A DNA stretch of 64,000 bases from Candidatus Calescibacterium sp. (GCA_032249135.1 JAVVGL010000004.1:1-64000); one strand, 5' to 3'. Positions 8,985 to 18,719 are shown, numbered from the stretch's first letter. Numbers and translations: made by a program. Notes: generated from the sequence alone by a model not told the origin.

Positions 8985-10811
8985 TTATGGGCTTGGTCTT
9001 ACCTTAAACTTTCTCTCAGAGTAAACCGAAGAGGGATGATTTTCAATTGTGTTTATTATGCTCTCGCAGTATGGTAGATTACTGAAAAAGCCATTATAAT
9101 AACAATTCGTCCACCACCATATACCTGCTACGTCTGATCTTACAGCATATATTTTAACTGTGTAATCAACGGTAATTCCATCAGGATAAAAGCCCATAGG
9201 AGAATTTCTAATGTCATTTGGAGATATTTGAAGAGAATCATCAGGATCATTTATAATGTAGTTTTCTGAGGAGTATATGCCTATACGATAAGGAGGAGCG
9301 ATAGGTCCTACGAGTATTCTTGTGGAGCCGTCAGCGTAATCTTTTCTTATTACAGCAATAAGATCATAATAGCTGAAATCATATGCGAGTATATCAGTTA
9401 ATATTATGACTTGAACATCGTCTAAGGTCATATCAATATCGTATGTCTTGTTATTCGGGTCTTGATTTGTATTATCTTTGAACTTCACAGAAAAGATTGG
9501 TTTTAAAGGATAAACTATAACTGTTTGTTCTTCCGTACTTATTCCTTCTTTGTCATCTTTTGCTATTACGGTCACTGTGAATACACCTTGTGAGGTATAT
9601 GTGTGCGATTTTCTGTAGAGTTTTTTGCCTCCTATTTCTCCTATTTTATCAGCATCTCCAAGAATTTCTACTTGCCCATCTCCCCAATCTACCTTGACCT
9701 CGGCTACTTGTCCGTCAATATCCGCTACACCTACATATAAGGTAATAGAAAAAGGAGCCTCTCCTGCTGTTGACGAGAGACTAATATCAAGTTCCGGTGG
9801 TCTATTGGTAGGTGTAATTACATATCTTACTTTTACAGTTATTGATGCTGTATTTGAAAGGGGTTGGGGTGCAGAGTCTTGAACTATTAACCTTATCGTA
9901 TAATCTCCCTCTGCGGAGTACTGATGGATTCCTAAACATTCACCAAGAATCTGGTCAATTGATCCATCTCCCCAGTCTATTAAGCCATAAAAGGGAGGAT
10001 TATGATCTATACATAATGCTCTGATACGAACATTTTCGCCTGGCATAAACTCATTAGTTACTATCTCTGAATATGAGGGGGAGTAGATAACTTTATATGC
10101 TTTGAGGTTGGAGATTATAGGTTTGTCGTTTGTAGTTATTTGTATTTCAGCTTCTGCGGAGCCATTTTTGTCCATAGCAGAAACTCTGACTCTGAAAGTT
10201 CCAATTGCTTTGAACTCGTGTGAGACGTAGACTTTATCTTCTTTGAGTTTTTGAGTGAGGTCTTCTGAGGAGCCATCGCCATAGTCTATCATGAGCTTTT
10301 TGATTGAACCACGAGCAGGGATAGCAGTTATTGTAAATGATACATTCAGTGGAGCTTCACCATATGTTTTGTCTGCGGTAATGGAAACGAACGGTTTCCC
10401 AGTTGGAGGCATTTTTTCTAAGTCTGTAATTATTTGTATTTCAGCTTCGGATGAGCCATTTTGGTCCATAGCAGAAACTCTGACTCTGAAAGTTCCAATT
10501 GCTTTGAACTCGTGTGAGACGTAGACTTTATCTTCTTTGAGTTTTTGAGTGAGGTCTTCTGAGGAGCCATCGCCATAGTCTATCATGAGCTTTTTGATTG
10601 AACCACGAGCAGGGATAGCAGTTATTGTAAATGATACATTCAGTGGAGCTTCACCATATGTTTTGTCTGCGGTAATGGAAACGAACGGTTTCCCAGTTGG
10701 AGGCATTTTTTCTAAGTTTGTACATCCTGCCATTAAGATAATACTCGCAAAGAACAGGAGAGTTGCCGTAAAAGTTTTGTTAAGTTTTATTTTTGGTTTG
10801 TTTTCATTCAT
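8985..10811 (-). CDS. Surface lipoprotein with four PKD-like domains
   Basis: Lipobox MAGC; repeated GEAPLNVSF..IDYGDGS..SHEF / IDWGDGS..HQY / VDWGDGQ..SHTY PKD signatures; AGGAGGTG RBS. Confidence 0.82.
   Translation of the reverse strand: MNENKPKIKLNKTFTATLLFFASIILMAGCTNLEKMPPTGKPFVSITADKTYGEAPLNVSFTITAIPARGSIKKLMIDYGDGSSEDLTQKLKEDKVYVSHEFKAIGTFRVRVSAMDQNGSSEAEIQIITDLEKMPPTGKPFVSITADKTYGEAPLNVSFTITAIPARGSIKKLMIDYGDGSSEDLTQKLKEDKVYVSHEFKAIGTFRVRVSAMDKNGSAEAEIQITTNDKPIISNLKAYKVIYSPSYSEIVTNEFMPGENVRIRALCIDHNPPFYGLIDWGDGSIDQILGECLGIHQYSAEGDYTIRLIVQDSAPQPLSNTASITVKVRYVITPTNRPPELDISLSSTAGEAPFSITLYVGVADIDGQVAEVKVDWGDGQVEILGDADKIGEIGGKKLYRKSHTYTSQGVFTVTVIAKDDKEGISTEEQTVIVYPLKPIFSVKFKDNTNQDPNNKTYDIDMTLDDVQVIILTDILAYDFSYYDLIAVIRKDYADGSTRILVGPIAPPYRIGIYSSENYIINDPDDSLQISPNDIRNSPMGFYPDGITVDYTVKIYAVRSDVAGIWWWTNCYYNGFFSNLPYCESIINTIENHPSSVYSERKFKVRPSP
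10131..10718. repeat. 294-bp in-frame tandem duplication (one PKD domain)
   Basis: 10131-10424 vs 10425-10718; about 6 mismatches, 10170-10423 identical to 10464-10717. Confidence 0.95.
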
Positions 10812-10915
10812 TTTTTATCACCTCCTTTTTTGTTTGGTAGAGGGTTTATTTATATAACCCCGTTTATATAACCCCCTACCATTTTTTTCAGCTTTTAAAT
10901 TTAAGCTTAAAAAAA
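10770..10915 (-). repeat. 146-bp direct repeat copy 1 (-10 box, hairpin leader, RBS, first 14 codons)
   Basis: Identical to 13308-13453. Confidence 0.95.
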
Positions 10916-10931
10916 TTTTTTTGTTTTGCAA
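10904..10931 (-). promoter_or_regulatory. Putative sigma70 promoter TTGCAA-N16-TAAGCT
   Basis: Consensus-like hexamers just upstream of the conserved leader; equivalent element at 13442-13470. Confidence 0.45.
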
Positions 10932-10969
10932 GAAAATTTGATTTGAAGTAAATTTGTTTACTGTTGCAG

Positions 10970-11015
10970 AAAAAAAATAAAGAGAAGGGAGCGGAGAAAG
11001 AAAATCCGCCCCCTC
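10970..11015 (-). terminator. Rho-independent terminator of the 774-aa lipoprotein gene
   Basis: Minus strand gagggggcgga-loop-tccgctcccttc followed by T-rich tail. Confidence 0.75.
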
Positions 11016-11024
11016 AAACCTTAA

Positions 11025-13349
11025 TCACCATATTACTGGTGGTACCGGTCCAACGCTGCACTGGTCAGCAAGAGAATCAATTAGGTTCCCGGATGAATCA
11101 AAAGCTTGAACTTTTACCCATACATCAGGGCTAAGAGACCTGAATTTGCACTGCTTTCCTGTTGTAGCTACACATTTGAGGTCAGATATATCTTCTGAAA
11201 CCGTGATTATATCATTATTCCAATCAACTGATGTGATTGTAAGTATTTTTCTTGTGTTGTTGTATGGGTCAACGACCTGGATTTTATCTTCTATGGTAAG
11301 ACCAGTAGAGTCAGAAACATTTATTCTCTTCGCTGCGGCATCCTCTACTTGCAAAGTTCTGTTATTAGGTGCTTGGAGAGAGGTTACTGGATCTGGAAAT
11401 ATATAGCCATTTTTGAAGTTAGTATCTCCGAGGAGCTGACCTACAATATTTTTAGAAAACCATACTTCATAGAAGTCAGTATTTGGTATAGGTACTATTG
11501 CTGTAACAGATAGTGGTGGGGGTGAAAAGACAAAATCAGTCACCGACGCATTGGAGATAATTACTCGTTCGCCCGCCCATAGTTTTTTGGCTTCTGATTT
11601 TGTAAGTACTAACTTTTTGTCTCCATCTGCATTGTCTGAAAGGTTAGCAATTGAAGAGCTCAGAGCTTCTAAGTAAACTCGGATTCTGAGAACGAAGGGA
11701 TTAGCTAATGGGTCGAAGACTTCTGAGATTTTTACTGCATCAAAGTTTCGTGAAGATATTGTAGCTGTTGCAGAAGTTAACATTTCGGAAAATTGAATTT
11801 GGACTGTTCTTTCGCCAGCGCCATAATTTGTTCCTCCCGCTATAATCTGGCACTGTGTAATTTTTGGAGATGTGTTGTCTTGAATTATGAATGGGTTTTC
11901 GATTGTTTCTGGATTGCAGATTTCCTCGTCATTCAGATTAACAGGAACTACTGCTAAATAATATTTTTCTCCAAATGAAGTATTGAACTGTGGAATAAGG
12001 TCGAGATTTAACAGAGTTCCCCATTTGTTTGCTGTTGGAATAAACTGAGTTTGGACAGCTGGTGGTGGTAACTCTTGCCATATACCTGAACCTTTGAGTT
12101 TATCTGATACTTTGAGGTACTTTATCTTGTAGTCTTTGATTCCAGATACAACTGGTGGATCCCATATTAAAGTTACAAGGTTGTTAGTTGTCGTTTGGAA
12201 TCCGTTAAAGCTTTCTTCAGCGGGATAGTAATATACAGCACGAGTTCTATTAGCTATTACATCAAAATCAAATGTAACAGCGGTTACTGAACCTGGGAGA
12301 TACGGGTTTATTTTTGGGCATGCAAGTCCCCGAGGAGCGGTTGGATCGTATGCTATGAAGGAGAAAGTGAAGATTCCAGATAGAGTTTCTCCTTTCTTTC
12401 CGAAAGCGTTGTTCACTTGGAGTTGGCAGTTCCCAAGAATTCTTCCTGCTGGTTCTATTTCTACCTCGGTTCCGGAGATTTTTGCGCTGATGTTTATATT
12501 ATTTGGTCCGCATATTAAAGCAGCATCAATTCCTGTTATCTCTTTTGAGAATATAAGTTTTATCTTATCGTCAGGGGAGATGTATTGGCCGACTGCGACC
12601 GATGAATATATTATTTCAAGAGGTTTTAAGGTTAGAACAATTTTGCCTTTTGCTTTGATCTGGCTAACATCTACAAAAACTTGGCTTACATTATAATCTT
12701 CTTCTGCTCCTTGTGGTGGGAAAGCTACAAGCTGGATAAAGTCAATAGCAGGAATTACACTTGTGATTTTTACAGGGGTTGTCTGGCTTGTCACAGATGC
12801 TACCGCTTCGTTTTGACTTACCCCAAGATATAGTGCTATCTGAGGGGATGGTAAAGCTAAAACACGGGAACCAGCAACAGGCTTATTATCTTTATCTACA
12901 ACTTCAACTTCTATTTCTGCCGGTGGATAAAGGACTACATCTTGTCTCTTTACTCTTTTTTGAACTGCTACATCATTGTTTGTTCCAATTAATATTTCAG
13001 CAAAAGAAACGGATACTCTTGATTTCACAAAACCACCTTTTTGTACCTCGTATGTTATAACCGCATCTTGAGGGAGCTCTCCAAGTCCAACCGAGAACCT
13101 ATATAATCCGTCCTTTTCTGACTTTATCTTATCTCCTGTTGGAAGTATTGTTATTTCTGCATCTGCTATTGGATTACCTGCATAATCTTTTACATATCCG
13201 TAAACAGATACTGTATCTTTGGAGACCTGAAAGAATATTTTCTTTTCTTCTCGTTTGCAGCTTGTGGAAGCAAGGATAAAGCCTGCAAGGAACAAAAGAG
13301 TTGCAGCAAAAGTTTTGTTAAGTTTTATTTTTGGTTTGTTTTCATTCAT
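11025..13349 (-). CDS. Large beta-rich surface lipoprotein (carboxypeptidase-regulatory-like, Ig/FN3-like domains)
   Basis: Lipobox STSC; VYGYVKDYAGNPIADAEITI..DGLYRF (CarboxypepD_reg-like); LIWDPP..YKIKY..YYLAVVPV (FN3-like). Confidence 0.7.
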   Translation of the reverse strand: MNENKPKIKLNKTFAATLLFLAGFILASTSCKREEKKIFFQVSKDTVSVYGYVKDYAGNPIADAEITILPTGDKIKSEKDGLYRFSVGLGELPQDAVITYEVQKGGFVKSRVSVSFAEILIGTNNDVAVQKRVKRQDVVLYPPAEIEVEVVDKDNKPVAGSRVLALPSPQIALYLGVSQNEAVASVTSQTTPVKITSVIPAIDFIQLVAFPPQGAEEDYNVSQVFVDVSQIKAKGKIVLTLKPLEIIYSSVAVGQYISPDDKIKLIFSKEITGIDAALICGPNNINISAKISGTEVEIEPAGRILGNCQLQVNNAFGKKGETLSGIFTFSFIAYDPTAPRGLACPKINPYLPGSVTAVTFDFDVIANRTRAVYYYPAEESFNGFQTTTNNLVTLIWDPPVVSGIKDYKIKYLKVSDKLKGSGIWQELPPPAVQTQFIPTANKWGTLLNLDLIPQFNTSFGEKYYLAVVPVNLNDEEICNPETIENPFIIQDNTSPKITQCQIIAGGTNYGAGERTVQIQFSEMLTSATATISSRNFDAVKISEVFDPLANPFVLRIRVYLEALSSSIANLSDNADGDKKLVLTKSEAKKLWAGERVIISNASVTDFVFSPPPLSVTAIVPIPNTDFYEVWFSKNIVGQLLGDTNFKNGYIFPDPVTSLQAPNNRTLQVEDAAAKRINVSDSTGLTIEDKIQVVDPYNNTRKILTITSVDWNNDIITVSEDISDLKCVATTGKQCKFRSLSPDVWVKVQAFDSSGNLIDSLADQCSVGPVPPVIW

Positions 13350-13453
13350 TTTTTATCACCTCCTTTTTTGTTTGGTAGAGGGTTTATTTATATAACCCCG
13401 TTTATATAACCCCCTACCATTTTTTTCAGCTTTTAAATTTAAGCTTAAAAAAA
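13308..13453 (-). repeat. 146-bp direct repeat copy 2
   Basis: Identical to 10770-10915, offset 2538 bp. Confidence 0.95.
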
Positions 13454-13470
13454 AAGTTTTGTTTTTTCAA
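13442..13470 (-). promoter_or_regulatory. Putative sigma70 promoter TTGAAA-N17-TAAGCT
   Basis: Consensus-like hexamers with a homopolymeric T tract in the spacer. Confidence 0.5.
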
Positions 13471-13502
13471 GAAGATTTTGCAGAAAAGGAAATAAAGAAA
13501 AT

Positions 13503-15422
13503 TCATCTTGCTTTATCAATTTCATCAAGGGCTTGCGGATTTTCCAAAGATGAAATGTCTCCCAAAGGTTTTCCTAAAAATTTATTTCTTATCAGCCTTC
13601 TCATTATTTTTGCATTTCTTGTTTTTGGCAAAGCGCTCACAAATTTCACATCTTTTGGAGTTATTGGCTTCCCTAACCTTTCTGCCACAACTCTTTTGAT
13701 TTCTTCTCTTATTTCATCAGACGGCTCAACTCCTGGTTTCAGAACAGCAAAGACAACAGGTACCTCACCTTTTATCTCATCTGGAACGCCTATTGCTGCA
13801 CACTCCAGGACTTTTCCTGTTTCAAGAACAACGGTTTCTATTTCTGCCGGTCCAACTCTTTTTCCTGCTATTTTCAGAGTATCGTCGCTTCTTCCATGAA
13901 GGAACCAGAATCCATCTTCATCTTGTGAAGCAAAATCTCCGTGAAACCAGACTCCCTTAAATCTTGACCAGTAAGCCTCCTTATATCTTTCAGGGGATTT
14001 CCAAAGACCTCTTGTCATTCCAGGCCATGGTTTTTTGCATACAAGTTCTCCTACTTTTCCTCTTTCAACGGGTTTTCCATCTTCATCAAAAATGTCTATA
14101 TCCATCCCAAGAGCAGGTCCGGTAAGACTCATAGGTTTTATTTCATCTATTGGATGAGGAGAAAGAAAGCAAGCTGCAACTTCTGTTCCGCCTGAAAGGT
14201 TTATGATAGGTATTTTTCTTTTTCCTACTTTTTCAAATACCCACATATATGGAGCGTAGTTCATAGGCTCTCCTGTTGAACCTACAAATCTCAGGGAATC
14301 TAATGGTTTTTTGATAACATCTTCATCTTTGAACTTCATCAAAGATCTTACGAATGTTGGTGAGAGTCCAAGAGCTGTTATTTTGTGTCGTGAAATCATG
14401 TCAAATACCCTTGAGGGTTGAGGGAAATCAGGGGCTCCATCGTATAAAAACACTGCTGCGCCGTTTGCAAGAGCTCCGACGAATTCCCATGGTCCCATTA
14501 TCCACCCTATATCCGTTATCCAGAATAGAATTTCTCCTGGTTTCATATCCATCTGGAAAGCTCCTTCTTCGGCTATTTTCACTAAAAATCCGCCGTGAAC
14601 ATGGACAGCTCCTTTTGGTTTTCCTGTTGTTCCTGATGTGTAGATTATCATAAATGGATGTTCTGCTTCTGTTTCTTCTGGTTCTACACCTTTTTCGGTT
14701 ATTATTTCTTCTGCGTATATATCTCCTTTTGATTTTGGAATTTTTTCGTCTGTGTATCTGAAAATTATTTTGTGCTCACAAATATCTTTTGCAGCTTCGT
14801 CTGCGACTTCTTTCATATTCACAAATTTTCCTCTTCTTTTCGTTCCATCTGCTGTTATAAGTACTTTTGCTTCTGAATCTTCTAATCTAACTCTTACGGC
14901 TTCTGGACCATATCCTGAAAACATCGGGACAACTATTGCACCTATATAAGCTATTGCAAGATAAGATGCTAATGCTTCTGGGGTCATGGGCATAAATAGA
15001 CCAACTCTGTCTCCTTTTTTTACTCCGAGTTTTTTCAGACCAGCTCCTATTTTTGCTACGAGTTCTGCAAGTTCTCCGTATGTTAAAGTCTTTGTCTTAC
15101 CTTCTTCATTTTCCCATATTACGGCTTTTGAATTTTTGTTCCAGCGCAGACAGTTTTCTGCGAGGTTTATTTTCCCATCGTAGAACCATTTTGCCCATTC
15201 TATTCCCTGAGATATATCAAGAACTTTTGTATATTTTTTCTGCCATTTTAAACCTAAAAACTCTTCAACTTCCTTCCAGAATCTTTCAATATCTTCGCAC
15301 GATTTTTTTCGCAGGTCCCATATATCTTTTGCTCCGAACTTGTGCATGAACTCTGCAACTTTACTTTTGAGGTAATCTCCGTATGGTTTCCATATTACTG
15401 GGAGTTTTTCCTCCATATTCAA
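13503..15422 (-). CDS. acs: Acetate-CoA ligase / acyl-CoA synthetase
   Basis: YTSGTTGKPKG, WITDIGWIMG, GRSDDTLKIAGKRVGPAEIE, LPKTRNAKIMRR, GDISSLENP. Confidence 0.85.
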   Translation of the reverse strand: MNMEEKLPVIWKPYGDYLKSKVAEFMHKFGAKDIWDLRKKSCEDIERFWKEVEEFLGLKWQKKYTKVLDISQGIEWAKWFYDGKINLAENCLRWNKNSKAVIWENEEGKTKTLTYGELAELVAKIGAGLKKLGVKKGDRVGLFMPMTPEALASYLAIAYIGAIVVPMFSGYGPEAVRVRLEDSEAKVLITADGTKRRGKFVNMKEVADEAAKDICEHKIIFRYTDEKIPKSKGDIYAEEIITEKGVEPEETEAEHPFMIIYTSGTTGKPKGAVHVHGGFLVKIAEEGAFQMDMKPGEILFWITDIGWIMGPWEFVGALANGAAVFLYDGAPDFPQPSRVFDMISRHKITALGLSPTFVRSLMKFKDEDVIKKPLDSLRFVGSTGEPMNYAPYMWVFEKVGKRKIPIINLSGGTEVAACFLSPHPIDEIKPMSLTGPALGMDIDIFDEDGKPVERGKVGELVCKKPWPGMTRGLWKSPERYKEAYWSRFKGVWFHGDFASQDEDGFWFLHGRSDDTLKIAGKRVGPAEIETVVLETGKVLECAAIGVPDEIKGEVPVVFAVLKPGVEPSDEIREEIKRVVAERLGKPITPKDVKFVSALPKTRNAKIMRRLIRNKFLGKPLGDISSLENPQALDEIDKAR

Positions 15423-15503
15423 GATTTTAATTTTAAGTTTTTATGAATTTCATTTTTTAAATTGAATGTTTGTTCAAAAATCTAATTTCCCTTTCAATTC
15501 AAT

Positions 15504-16976
15504 TTACCATGGTTCCCTTTGAATTTTTATTTCTTCTGCTGTTGATGATAAAGACTCAACTTCAAGGACTCTGTTATTTCCTGTATCAGCTATAAGGATT
15601 GAGCCCATCATTATTCGCAGACATTCTGGATAGCTCAATTCCGTGTTTTGTAAAATCATAGTTGATAATCTTTTTTCACATAAAACCCTTATAGAGTTAT
15701 TGAAAAAATCTGAAATGAAAATTGTATCTCTGTACTCTTCTAATGAGTTTGGAGAGAACAAAAGCGAATTTTCTGCTGGACCATCTTTATGACCTTCTCC
15801 TTTGCCCCCTACTAATTTGTTTATTACTTTTTCTCCTGAACTTAAATCTAACTCTTTTATTGATGAATCATAAGAATCTACAAAAATTATTTTTCCGTCT
15901 TTTACTGTCAAATCTGATATAAGGGATGAATCATTCCCTAATTCAATAATATCTTTTTTTATCTCGTTTTCATTCAGTTTTACTTTGTATATTTTATTTG
16001 TCAAAGAAGCCACAAGTAAAATATTTTTGCCCAAAGTCCTTATTGATTTTGGAAAAGGAATAGATATTTTCCCAACCAATTTTCTTTCCTCCAAGTTGAA
16101 AATTTTTACATCATTATCGCCGAAGTCGCATACTGCTAGCAAAATTAATTCTTCGTTGTCTGAAATGAAATCCAGCCCCTCTGGGAATTTTATTTCTGTG
16201 TTATAGTATTCTTTTCTTATTACATCAGCGAGTTCAAAGAATCTCCAAGTTAGAACTATTATTTCTCTTTTTCCAGAGTTTGATATCGCTATGAGTTTAG
16301 GTTTTTTCAAGCACGCTATTTTTGTAGGAAAACAAAAATCAACTTCTCCTATTTCTTTTGCACGCTCAACATATTTCCTATGAGCTAATAGTTTGTATAG
16401 CCCCTCGTCGTAATCAAAACCGAAAATCTCTGATTTTGGTTTTTCTTTTTGTTCCTTTCCTTTTTGTTCCTTTGATTCACTTATATAAAAATCTTCATTT
16501 CTTTTTTCTATCTCTTGAATTTTTTTGAGGATTTGGTTGAAAATTTCTTCGTATCCTTCTATTTTTTCTGGTTTGATTGAGTTTTGTGTTTTATTTTCCA
16601 GTGTGGTTTCCAGTATAATTGAAGGAAATTTTTTTACATCAAAAATTCCAACCACTTCTTTCTCATTATCCACGCAAACTGGGAAGTCAAATCCGAATTT
16701 TGATATTATTGTTTCTGCAAGCTTTCTATCTATTTTTTCGTCTTTTGCGGGGACTATAAATAAAATCACATTTTTTATTCCGAAAAAATATCCGATATTC
16801 TCAATGTGATTTTTTGTGAGGGGGTGTCTTGGAGTTATTATAACTACAAAGAAATCTGATTTAAACTTTTTCAGATTGTCAAAGTTGAACCATTCTGAAT
16901 TTGCCGGAAGTTTCAAAAGTAGTTTCTTGATTTTATTTTTTACAATCTCTTTTTCGTCATTAGTCATAAAGCTCAT
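15504..16976 (-). CDS. Thioredoxin-like + NHL-repeat beta-propeller protein
   Basis: FDFPVCVDNEKEV..FDVKKFPSII redoxin-like segment; FCFPTKIA, GHKDGPAENSLLFSPNSL, IADTGNNRV NHL repeats. Confidence 0.6.
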   Translation of the reverse strand: MSFMTNDEKEIVKNKIKKLLLKLPANSEWFNFDNLKKFKSDFFVVIITPRHPLTKNHIENIGYFFGIKNVILFIVPAKDEKIDRKLAETIISKFGFDFPVCVDNEKEVVGIFDVKKFPSIILETTLENKTQNSIKPEKIEGYEEIFNQILKKIQEIEKRNEDFYISESKEQKGKEQKEKPKSEIFGFDYDEGLYKLLAHRKYVERAKEIGEVDFCFPTKIACLKKPKLIAISNSGKREIIVLTWRFFELADVIRKEYYNTEIKFPEGLDFISDNEELILLAVCDFGDNDVKIFNLEERKLVGKISIPFPKSIRTLGKNILLVASLTNKIYKVKLNENEIKKDIIELGNDSSLISDLTVKDGKIIFVDSYDSSIKELDLSSGEKVINKLVGGKGEGHKDGPAENSLLFSPNSLEEYRDTIFISDFFNNSIRVLCEKRLSTMILQNTELSYPECLRIMMGSILIADTGNNRVLEVESLSSTAEEIKIQREPW

Positions 16977-17074
16977 ATATTTTCCCTTTCTTTTGTGTTT
17001 TCCATATTTTCATTCTTCCGATCCAAACAAATAAAAAATTTAGTCATTTTATTTTTTTGTGTTAATTTGAAGTT

Positions 17075-17644
17075 ATGAGGATTATTCTTATAGACAACTA
17101 CGACTCTTTTGTTTATAATCTTTATCAATATTTGTGTGAGCTTGGGGCAGAAGTTGATGTGTTCAGAAATGATGAGGTCCCAAAAGATTTATCAAAATAT
17201 AATGGTATTGTTATCTCACCAGGTCCCGGCAGACCAGAAAATTCAGGCAGATGTCCTGAAGTTGTTGAAAAATATGCTGGCAAAAAACCAATTTTAGGAA
17301 TATGTCTTGGTCATCAGATAATAGGTTATGTATTTGGAGCGAAGATAAGAAATGCGAAAACTATAATGCACGGAAAAGTATCAAAGATAAATCACGACGG
17401 GAAAGGAGTTTTTCAAGGTGTAAGTAATCCAACTTATGCTACCCGGTATCATTCTCTTGTCATAGACAATTTACCTGAGGGATTTATTGTATCTGCAACA
17501 TCAGAGGAAGATGGTGAGATTATGGCAATAAGACATATCAGCTTACCAATAGAGGGAGTTCAATTCCATCCCGAATCTGTTATGACATACGAAGGAAAGA
17601 AAATGTTAGCTAATTTTTTGGAGATGGGAAAAAAGGTAGTATAG
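17075..17644 (+). CDS. trpG: Anthranilate/aminodeoxychorismate synthase glutamine amidotransferase component II
   Basis: IDNYDSF, SPGPG, GICLGHQ, RYHSL, GVQFHPES. Confidence 0.92.
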   Translation: MRIILIDNYDSFVYNLYQYLCELGAEVDVFRNDEVPKDLSKYNGIVISPGPGRPENSGRCPEVVEKYAGKKPILGICLGHQIIGYVFGAKIRNAKTIMHGKVSKINHDGKGVFQGVSNPTYATRYHSLVIDNLPEGFIVSATSEEDGEIMAIRHISLPIEGVQFHPESVMTYEGKKMLANFLEMGKKVV

Positions 17645-18562
17645 TATTGCCATTCGTGTAGCCACTCCGTTTCTTACCTGCTCAAATATGGCTGAATTTT
17701 CGGAGTATGCAACTTCTGAATTTATTTCTACTCCAATATTCATCGGTCCAGGATGCATAATTACAACATCTTTGTTTTTTTCCTTCAGTTTTGTCATTAC
17801 ATTTTCGTCAAGTCCCCATATTTCGTTGTATTCTCGGTCAGAAGGGAAATAGAAGTTTCCGTGTCTTTCTTTTTGTAGTCTCAGAGCCATTACGAAATCC
17901 GACTTGAAAAATTCATCATCAAATTGTGTTTTTATTTTTATGTTGCCATTCCCAAGCTTTTCTATTCCTTTCGGTAAAGTTGTGTGGGAAGAAACCAAAA
18001 TTACATTCATTCCTATTTTTGAGAAAAGTTTTATTCCGCTTCTTGCAACTCTGCTATGGAGTATATCTCCGACTATTGATATTGTAGCTCCTTTTAAATC
18101 ATCAACTTTTCTTAATTTTTTTCTGGTTAGCATGGTAAATAGGTCAAGGAGAGCTTGGGTTGGATGTTCATTTTTCCCGTCTCCCGCATTAATTGTGGGA
18201 ATTCCTGAGATTTTTGCCACTATGTGGGGGAAACCTTCTGCTCTGTGTCTTATCACAAGAAAATCAACTCCGAGGGCTGTAATAGTTTTTATTGTATCAA
18301 GTAAAGATTCTCCTTTTTCAACTGATGACCCTTTTTCGGAAAGATTTACTGTATCTGCCGAAAGAGTTTTCGCTGCTATTTCAAATGAAACCCTTGTTCT
18401 TGTTGAAGGCTCAAAAAAAATGAGACCCACCGATTTCCCCCTTAATGTCGGAACCTTCTTTATATCTCTTGATAGAATTTCAAGCATAGAAAAAGATAAC
18501 TCAATTATGTTTTCAACATCTTTTTTTTCAAGGTCATCAATAGATAGAAGATGTTTTGACAT
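17606..18562 (-). CDS. pyrB: Aspartate carbamoyltransferase catalytic subunit
   Basis: FFEPSTRTRVSF, KGESLLDT, NAGDGKNEHPTQALLD, GDILHSRVARS, RLQKER, MHPGP. Confidence 0.96.
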   Translation of the reverse strand: MSKHLLSIDDLEKKDVENIIELSFSMLEILSRDIKKVPTLRGKSVGLIFFEPSTRTRVSFEIAAKTLSADTVNLSEKGSSVEKGESLLDTIKTITALGVDFLVIRHRAEGFPHIVAKISGIPTINAGDGKNEHPTQALLDLFTMLTRKKLRKVDDLKGATISIVGDILHSRVARSGIKLFSKIGMNVILVSSHTTLPKGIEKLGNGNIKIKTQFDDEFFKSDFVMALRLQKERHGNFYFPSDREYNEIWGLDENVMTKLKEKNKDVVIMHPGPMNIGVEINSEVAYSENSAIFEQVRNGVATRMAILYYLFSHLQKIS

Positions 18563-18719
18563 TTCAAATCAATATATACATTATTAACCTAAATTGCAGA
18601 TTGGAGAATTTTGAAAAAAATCTAAAAAAATTTTGCAGAGATTATTGCTGTTGAATCTTTATCAGTTGATGAATATAACTCTTTCTAAATTGAATCCAAA
18701 AGAAGTACCCATTAATTTT

